The position numbers were made by a program, and so were the translations under genes. From a candidate division KSB3 bacterium (GTDB lineage: Bacteria > Moduliflexota > Moduliflexia > Moduliflexales > Moduliflexaceae): a stretch of DNA of 64,000 bases. The notes below the pieces were generated by a model. The model made no database searches. It was not told where the DNA came from and worked only from the letters and a program-made list of their open reading frames with translations. The stretch is taken from assembly GCA_002748425.1 (NCBI GenBank), contig PDSJ01000014.1, positions 128,021-192,020 of the forward strand. Reading direction: 5' to 3'. Of this stretch, positions 57,697 through 64,000 are shown one piece after another (the stretch's first letter is position 1; each line of letters begins with the position of its first letter).

Positions 57697-59853
57697 TTAT
57701 TGCTTTGCAGGTTGAGGTTCTTCCTCAGAAGTTACCATGTGTTGAATCTGGAGTTGTTTTGCAACCATCAGGTTCAGCATATTTAAAATATCAGCAATCG
57801 AACCCGACAAATTGCTTCCGGCTGTACCGGTCATTCCGCCGCCGCCGACAATCATATCTGGAACCCATTTTTGTTTCCCAATTTCTGATGCAAAGCGAGT
57901 CATAACGTCTTTGTAAATATTCAAACGTAATTCTTCCAAATTATCAGCCTTGATCAAAAGTTCACGCCGCCTGGCTTCACCTTCGCCAAGTGCAATTTGT
58001 TTCAATTTTTCCTGCTCTGCCGCTTCTTTTTCTAACTTCGCAACTTCCAGACCCTGCTGGCCTTTGATAATGGCAACCTGTTTTTGTTCTTCAGCCTTGG
58101 TTTCCGCGACAATCTTAGCGGTTTCAGCTTTGATTTTCTGGCTTTGCTGCTCTACCAGAGCCTTCTGTCTTGCTAATTTGGCCTGTTCTTCTTCCCGTTT
58201 CTGCTCTTCGATATATTGCTCTTTTTGTTTCTCGGCAATCTCTTTCTGGCGAATCGGTTTTAGCAGATTTTCAGGAATCGTATAATTTCTGACAAAGGTA
58301 TTCACTATATTGATTTTAGCTCTGGCTCCTTCTAACTGAAGGGCATTGGAAAGTTTATCCTGGAAGCTTTTGCGGGTGCTGCCGCTGACAAACTCAACCG
58401 CTTTCAGCATTGAGCCTTCAAGACGGGCAAATGAACGGGAACCAGGACGAATAATCTTGGTTTTCACATCATCTAAATTTTGCCCCAAGGTTGCCACGAC
58501 ATAAGGCGCATTTTCCGGTTGGATCTCATATAACACGGTTACATCGACGGCGATCTCAAATCCATCATTGGAAAGGAAAAGGATTTCATCTGAAAATGCC
58601 GTATCCCCTTGATTTTTAACTGATGTCATTTCATATTTCTGTTTTCTGGTATCCACTTTGACAACATCGAATTCATAGGGGTTAATCGGATAAAGCCCTG
58701 GTTTCAGATAATCTTTACGGACTCCCTGAAAACCTTCATCAACCAGCAGTTCAGCGCCTGGAGAAATTTTTCCGGTTCTGGCAATCAAAACTCCTACATG
58801 CCCATCAGGGATAGAAATAATCTCATGCTTCTCAACATCAAATTCATAGGGATTGACATAATGCATACCAGGTTCCAGCACTTCTCTGATAATGCCCTGA
58901 AAATTACTGTCGCGTTCTACCAGCATGGTTCCCGGAGGCGGTGAGTCGCCAACTTTTCTGGTTTGCACTCCGATTTTACCGGCTGGAATCGTGATCGCTT
59001 CTTCTATTTTCCAACTATACACTTTCGGATGTAAATATTGCATCCCAGGTTTTAACACTTCCCGGATAATACCGCGATAATTGCTGTCCCAGGAAACCAG
59101 GCGTTGTCCGTGAGGCGCGGTTTCACCCAGTTTTCGAGTAACAACACCAACCTTACCGGCGGGAATGTCAAGCGCGTCAACAACCTCCCAACTGTAAATT
59201 TTAGGATGAAGATACTGAATCCCCGGTTCAAGTACTTCCCGAATAGCACCGCGATAATTACTATCCATCGGAACGAGAATTTGGCCTGGAGGCGGGGACT
59301 CTCCAATCTTTCTGGTTAGCACCCCGATCTTTCCAAATTCGATGTTCAGAGCATCGGCAAGCTGAACGTCAAAATAATCGGTATTGATCGGATATTTCCC
59401 TGGTTTGAGAAAACTTTTTCGAATCCCTTTTTGTCCCATTTTAATTAATTCACCAGTTTCAGCATTAATTTCATCATCATCGGCAAGTACAGCGCCTTTC
59501 GGCAATTCTTCTCCATCTTTAGCGACAAGCACCGCCACTTTCCCTTCAGGAACCTCTGTCATATTCACTTGCTTAATGTCTACAAAGGCTGTAGTTTTCC
59601 AGAAAAAATGCAAACCTGGCAGAAGAACCTCCCGTTGAGTCCCCTTGTAGCCTTTTTCCACAATAAAATGCCCTGCAGGATCAGGATTTCCGCTTTTATA
59701 AAACACAATTCCGACCTTTCCGGAGTCAATCGTCACGGCGCAAAGCCCCCACAAAAAACCAACTAAAACAAGAATAAGCGCCCCGATTATTAAAAACGGG
59801 ATAATCGTTTTCAATGGCTTATAAGAAGCGGGTTCTCCAGAACTGTTACTCAT
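57697..59853 (-). CDS. SPFH/band-7 (flotillin-like) membrane protein with five N-terminal tandem ~65-aa repeats
   Basis: N-terminal TM. Five repeats of the unit GK(V/I)GV.TRK.GE..P.GQ.LV..DSNYRG.IREVL.PG.QYLHPK.Y. Then an SPFH core and a flotillin-type E/K/Q-rich coiled coil (…EKQKEQYIEEQKREEEQAKLARQKALVEQQ…). RBS GGAGGAG. Confidence 0.65.
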   Translation of the reverse strand: MSNSSGEPASYKPLKTIIPFLIIGALILVLVGFLWGLCAVTIDSGKVGIVFYKSGNPDPAGHFIVEKGYKGTQREVLLPGLHFFWKTTAFVDIKQVNMTEVPEGKVAVLVAKDGEELPKGAVLADDDEINAETGELIKMGQKGIRKSFLKPGKYPINTDYFDVQLADALNIEFGKIGVLTRKIGESPPPGQILVPMDSNYRGAIREVLEPGIQYLHPKIYSWEVVDALDIPAGKVGVVTRKLGETAPHGQRLVSWDSNYRGIIREVLKPGMQYLHPKVYSWKIEEAITIPAGKIGVQTRKVGDSPPPGTMLVERDSNFQGIIREVLEPGMHYVNPYEFDVEKHEIISIPDGHVGVLIARTGKISPGAELLVDEGFQGVRKDYLKPGLYPINPYEFDVVKVDTRKQKYEMTSVKNQGDTAFSDEILFLSNDGFEIAVDVTVLYEIQPENAPYVVATLGQNLDDVKTKIIRPGSRSFARLEGSMLKAVEFVSGSTRKSFQDKLSNALQLEGARAKINIVNTFVRNYTIPENLLKPIRQKEIAEKQKEQYIEEQKREEEQAKLARQKALVEQQSQKIKAETAKIVAETKAEEQKQVAIIKGQQGLEVAKLEKEAAEQEKLKQIALGEGEARRRELLIKADNLEELRLNIYKDVMTRFASEIGKQKWVPDMIVGGGGMTGTAGSNLSGSIADILNMLNLMVAKQLQIQHMVTSEEEPQPAKQ

Positions 59854-60212
59854 AATAGACTCCTCCTTAAATTGAATACATTTGAGTTAACAACACAAAT
59901 AACACAGGCAATTAACTGCTGAACGTTAAAGTAAGATAATTTGTTTAACCTGTCAAACAATTACTTTACAAAAAAGCTGAAATATTGATACAGATTCAGG
60001 ACTCATCCCTGTGGGTGTTTTCCCCATGAATGGTCTTGAAATTATGGGGATAATACTAATAGTGTTACCAACAATACGCAACCAAAAAAGAGATGTTATT
60101 TCGTTAAATTAGCATCTTAAGCAATACATCTTTTTACGAGTCCATCAACTGTGAGAAGATTTCTCTAACGCTGCCTGGAGTTTCTTTCTCTGAGCTGTCA
60201 AGTTCATCTTCC

Positions 60213-61460
60213 CTATAGTGGAGATTTTGGTCCGAGAACCTCTCGAATAGAGGCATCAAGTTCTTCGGCCCTGATGTCAAATGTGTGACTTTTCAGGGTT
60301 CGCCGCTGACCAGCTTCGGCAATTTGACGCCGTTCTCCGTCGTGTGATAAAAGATATCGCACTTTTTCAGCGATTTCCTCTGGACGGTGATAGGTCACAA
60401 CTTCCACATCTGGCTCAAAGATTTCATGCAGGTTCGGCTGCCATTCGGTGAGTAAGCACGTCCCAACTCCTGTGGCTTCGTAGAGCCGCATATTCGATGC
60501 AGACTGGCTTGCAAGGTCGATATGCGTATTGAGGGTGATTTTTGATTCGTACAGTTGTTGATACATCTTTAGTCCATACAGAGGAGGATGTGACTGCTTG
60601 ACAATCTCGGGGTCTATGACTCCCCGGGCTTCCGGGCGATAATTCATCTCCGCATAGTGTTGCAGTTTAGGGTGAGCGCGTAGGACATTCCATCCGGCTG
60701 GAAGGCGTTTTAGACATTGTACAGCGTCATAGGCGAATTGTCTGATCGGCCAGACCCACTGATGGGGCTGAGGCGGATTCGACGTCTCGATCCAAAGCTG
60801 TATGTCTGTGCTTCGGATGAGTTCTCGTAAAATAGCTTCGCGTGTCTTATGGAAGTCGGAGTGCTTTACGATCGAACCTAAAAATGAAAAGTCAACGGCA
60901 TTCTCTGTTGCGGAGTTGATTTTTTTTAAAATTCGGGGATCAAAAGCATGTCGCATGTATTTGCAACAGTATCCTTTTTGTTGGAAATGCTCGACTAATT
61001 CAGGGATATTGGAGAGAACGATGTCATAGGCTTTAAAGACGCTCCCATCCACGTATGGCGCACCGCACCATCCGAGTATGAGACGAATGGACGGGCACTC
61101 TCTTTTAAGATGGCGAAAAAAATCTGCGCTGTACGTCCGATAATCATTGACAAAGAGGATGTCAGGCTGGAAAAATTTCACTTGAGCAGTAAGAATATCG
61201 GTCATCCAGCGTGTTCGGCGATACGGAGCGGCATATTCTTCAGCCCATTTTTTTTGCATTCGTTCTGCATTGCCCACCAGTTCCCAAACTTCATATCGCA
61301 GCTTCCCTAGCGCGTGAGTCCAAAAGTCTGCCCAGCCATAACAATCTGAGGCAAGCGTCTGGTATTGAACGAGATAGGGCTTATCGTGTAATTCTGGAGT
61401 ATTCTCATAAAATTGTTGAAGATAGCCCGGGGCATTAGTGCTGATACGAATTAGACGCAT
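60213..61460 (-). CDS. CgeB-family / GT1-like protein (polysaccharide locus)
   Basis: C-terminal region (…GVGTCLLTEWQPNLHEIFEPDVEVVTYHRPEEIAEKVRYLLSHDGERRQIAEAGQRR…) resembles the CgeB/Glyco_trans_1_2 family. Confidence 0.5.
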   Translation of the reverse strand: MRLIRISTNAPGYLQQFYENTPELHDKPYLVQYQTLASDCYGWADFWTHALGKLRYEVWELVGNAERMQKKWAEEYAAPYRRTRWMTDILTAQVKFFQPDILFVNDYRTYSADFFRHLKRECPSIRLILGWCGAPYVDGSVFKAYDIVLSNIPELVEHFQQKGYCCKYMRHAFDPRILKKINSATENAVDFSFLGSIVKHSDFHKTREAILRELIRSTDIQLWIETSNPPQPHQWVWPIRQFAYDAVQCLKRLPAGWNVLRAHPKLQHYAEMNYRPEARGVIDPEIVKQSHPPLYGLKMYQQLYESKITLNTHIDLASQSASNMRLYEATGVGTCLLTEWQPNLHEIFEPDVEVVTYHRPEEIAEKVRYLLSHDGERRQIAEAGQRRTLKSHTFDIRAEELDASIREVLGPKSPL

Positions 61461-63391
61461 AGCGCTTCCTGTAACACGACGGTTCGGTACCAGATTTCCA
61501 GGACCAGGAGTTTATAAAGAAAGAAAATATGTTTTTGCCGCGTTCTGAATTCTGTGTAGAGTCGATCGACTGCGTCAGAGGAAAGTACCTGAAGCTCGAG
61601 CAAGCTGCCAGACAGAAGCAGCTTCTCATATCGATGCAGAACCGCTTGCATCCATTCGCGCGCCGGAGGCTCAAAACCGCGCTTCGGACGTGTGAGCAGT
61701 TCGTCCGGCACAATGCCTTTGAGGAGTGATTTTAACCAGAATTTGGGTCCCAGATTGTGATCGGCATGGCTTTTACGAAGCCCGGTGACGACTTCGATCA
61801 GTTTATAATCCAGCAAAGGAATCCGGGTTTCCACAGAGGATGCCATACTCAGCCGGTCGCCGAGCGCCAGGCAGTTCGACACCAGCCAGGTTTTCATTAA
61901 CACGTCACATATCCTGAGAGGCGGCGGCAAGTGATCGTGCTCGCGGCTGTCGAACGGCTGCCAGGCATTTCGATCGGGGATCTGCTCCTGAAAGGCCGGC
62001 GAATAGATATTCCGGCAGTAATTGAGTCCATTTCTGAAATCGGCAAGCATGTCGTAAAAGACGAGCGATGAAGAAGAAGGCGAAAGCCGGCTGAATTCAA
62101 ACCCTTTCTGCAGGAGTGTACGGAGATACGCCGGTACTTTGCCGCTCTGTGAGAGCCGCTGATAGATGCGGTGTTGTCCGAGGGATTCAATGAGCTTCCA
62201 CACGTATTGCGGGAAAATGGGACGTTCGGCAGAGCGACGTTTTCGTTCGGTCAACTGGACCGCTTTAACGACCCAGGGATAGCCCCAGAAGAGTTCGTCA
62301 CCTCCATGTCCGCTGAGCATTACTTTGAGTCCATGGTCTGAAGCGAGTTTCATCACGGCATAGTGCCCATAGGCTGCAATATCTGCAATCGGATCGTTCG
62401 TCATTGCGATCAGCGTCGGAAAAAAGTCGACAAAATCTTCCGTGAGAAGTTCGACAGCGTGGAATGGGATTTTGAGGAGTTTGGCCAGCTTTTCAGCCTG
62501 GCGGCGTTCGTCATAGGGAGGATGACCCGGATAGCCGACGCTGAAAGCCTGAAGTGTGTCCCGGCATCTTGGGGCAGCAAGTGCGGCAATCGCTCCTGAA
62601 TCAAGGCCTCCGCTCAGGGCAATGCCGATTGGGACATCGGAACGTAAGCTCAGGGGCAAAGCCCGGTCCAGCTCTTCGCCGATCAATTCGGTGGGCTTGC
62701 CTTCAAGTGCTTCGATCTGTTCCAGATCCCAGTAGGCTGTCATCTGAATCTGCCAGGAGGCTGGAGCGATGGACAGGCAATGCGCGGCAGATAATTTGTG
62801 AATGCCATGGAGGGGCGTTTTTGGCTCTGGGACATACTGATAGTGTAAATATAAGTCGATCGCGGCCGGGTCAAGACAGGGTCTGTGGGGAAGCAGGGCA
62901 AGTAAAGCTCTCAATTCTGAGGCAAAACAAAAATACTCCTCATCATACCAATAATATAGAGGTTTTTCTCCGACCCGATCCCTTGCTAAAAAGAGGCGTT
63001 GCCGCGTTCGATCCCAGATGCCGAATGCAAACATGCCGCGCAGTTTTTCCAGACAGGCTTTTCCCCACTGCGCATACGCCGCCACCAGGACCTCTGTGTC
63101 ACTTTGACCGTCGAATGTGCAGCCCAGCGCGAGAAGCTCCTGCCGCAGTTCGATAAAATTATAGATTTCGCCATTAAACGTTGTCCAGTAGCGCGCATTC
63201 CGGCAGCTCATGGGCTGATGTCCTGCTGGGCTTAGATCCAGGATGGACAGGCGGGTATGTCCGAGCGCAATGTGTGCATCATGCCATTCACCACTGTTGT
63301 CAGGCCCTCGGTGCTGGAGCAACTCAATGGCCGGCTTCACGCTGAAAATCGATTCGGAACGGCGAGACAAGCTTCCTGCAATTCCACACAT
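61451..63391 (-). CDS. asnB: asparagine synthase (glutamine-hydrolysing), EPS/exosortase-locus type
   Basis: MCGIAGS… Ntn-glutaminase N-terminus with Cys2. Synthetase domain with SGGLDS PP-loop. 646 aa. Confidence 0.85.
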   Translation of the reverse strand: MCGIAGSLSRRSESIFSVKPAIELLQHRGPDNSGEWHDAHIALGHTRLSILDLSPAGHQPMSCRNARYWTTFNGEIYNFIELRQELLALGCTFDGQSDTEVLVAAYAQWGKACLEKLRGMFAFGIWDRTRQRLFLARDRVGEKPLYYWYDEEYFCFASELRALLALLPHRPCLDPAAIDLYLHYQYVPEPKTPLHGIHKLSAAHCLSIAPASWQIQMTAYWDLEQIEALEGKPTELIGEELDRALPLSLRSDVPIGIALSGGLDSGAIAALAAPRCRDTLQAFSVGYPGHPPYDERRQAEKLAKLLKIPFHAVELLTEDFVDFFPTLIAMTNDPIADIAAYGHYAVMKLASDHGLKVMLSGHGGDELFWGYPWVVKAVQLTERKRRSAERPIFPQYVWKLIESLGQHRIYQRLSQSGKVPAYLRTLLQKGFEFSRLSPSSSSLVFYDMLADFRNGLNYCRNIYSPAFQEQIPDRNAWQPFDSREHDHLPPPLRICDVLMKTWLVSNCLALGDRLSMASSVETRIPLLDYKLIEVVTGLRKSHADHNLGPKFWLKSLLKGIVPDELLTRPKRGFEPPAREWMQAVLHRYEKLLLSGSLLELQVLSSDAVDRLYTEFRTRQKHIFFLYKLLVLEIWYRTVVLQEALCV

Positions 63392-63420
63392 AGATCGTGT
63401 CCGTTATTGTTCATCATGAC

Positions 63421-63999
63421 TCAAGGCTTTCTTGCGTCTACGATGAGCGATGTATAATAGAGTTCCCCACGTTTAAAGTCTTTCTGCCGATCGAATCGGT
63501 ATGAGCGCTGAACAGAGCCATCGCCTGAATCCCAGGGACGATGATGAAATCGTTCCTGGGCATCGAAGAATTCCAGGGCTGTGCTGTGGAATCCGCAGTC
63601 GTGGAGCAAAGGAAGCAGCGTGTCGATCGTAAACAGCATTTTATGACCGTCTTTCGGAGGACGAACTTCTTCCAGGTATGCGGTATCTCGGCGATAGCCG
63701 TCCGGCACTGCGATTCTGAAAAGACCCCCGACCTTGAGGTAGTGAAAACTTTCCTGTAATGCCGTTCTGCACTCTGCTTCTGAAAGGTGCTCCAAAACAT
63801 GTTCGGCAAGCAGGCGATCGATGGACGCCGGCCGAAAGAGCCTTTTCCAGTCAGACGCTGATCGAATATCCAGAAGATCGCGGTCGGTAGCATACCAGCC
63901 CTCATAAGATGAGGATGCAGCCCCCACGATGACCTTAAGCGGGTCTGCCGACTTCAGATGTCGATGAAGCCGCTGTCTCTGAATCGTGCGTTTTAACAA
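63421..63999 (-). CDS. class I SAM-dependent methyltransferase (5' end at or beyond the window edge)
   Basis: …LLAEHVLEHL…LKVGGLFRIAVP… methyltransferase type-11-like motif. The ORF runs to the window boundary, so the N-terminus is probably truncated. Confidence 0.5.
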   Translation of the reverse strand: MLKRTIQRQRLHRHLKSADPLKVIVGAASSSYEGWYATDRDLLDIRSASDWKRLFRPASIDRLLAEHVLEHLSEAECRTALQESFHYLKVGGLFRIAVPDGYRRDTAYLEEVRPPKDGHKMLFTIDTLLPLLHDCGFHSTALEFFDAQERFHHRPWDSGDGSVQRSYRFDRQKDFKRGELYYTSLIVDARKP

Positions 64000-64000
64000 A

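Noticed and set aside
62554-63156. 200-aa + strand ORF antisense to asnB
   Set aside because: Embedded antisense ORF. Arg/Pro-rich translation typical of GC-rich antisense frames.

Overview
This 64 kb window is bacterial chromosomal DNA at roughly 50% GC with dense coding on both strands. The lineage cannot be assigned from sequence alone. A TIGR01784-type gene remnant, PEP-CTERM and LysM/TPR content fit a Gram-negative bacterium (spirochaete- or deltaproteobacterium-like, not provable here).

Main blocks, in order:
- A minus-strand CUT2-type sugar ABC importer, followed by an Fn3-rich lipoprotein and two tandem MBL-fold hydrolase paralogues.
- An isolated initiator tRNA-fMet with its own promoter and terminator, then a thioredoxin/DsbD_2 membrane fusion.
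- A Memo-like plus deoxyhypusine-synthase-like pair abutting tRNA-Asn.
- A PEP-CTERM exosortase-substrate gene, then MltD, a TPR protein and ileS.
- An MMPL/RND exporter and a GT2 glycosyltransferase.
- A large membrane-anchored, extremely acidic protein whose last ~70 aa look like a ribosomal bL12 C-terminal domain.
- An AT-rich foreign island carrying a frameshifted Rpn/PD-(D/E)XK (TIGR01784-type) gene, sitting directly upstream of a minimal fabH-acpP-fabF cluster and a TolC-family gene.
- An MscS/MscK-type channel, a hydratase, a methyltransferase, an HI0933 flavoprotein, an FGGY-kinase remnant, a mannitol-DH-family gene and a Na/Pi cotransporter.
- A MazF/PemK toxin with no canonical antitoxin.
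- A radical SAM gene, tRNA-Arg(CCU), and the conserved apt, response regulator, rlmH, rsfS, obg, rpmA, rplU block.
- An exopolysaccharide-type locus: GT2, GT2, GT4, FkbM methyltransferase, an SPFH/flotillin protein with five internal tandem repeats, a CgeB-like protein, asnB and a methyltransferase.

No CRISPR array, rRNA or intact transposase was seen.

The most unusual items:
- the bL12-CTD-like domain on the acidic membrane protein;
- the five-repeat SPFH protein embedded in the EPS cluster;
- a 42-bp perfect palindrome in a 1.2 kb gene-free gap;
- the AT-rich island that replaces the usual plsX/fabD/fabG context of fabH;
- the antitoxin-less MazF.
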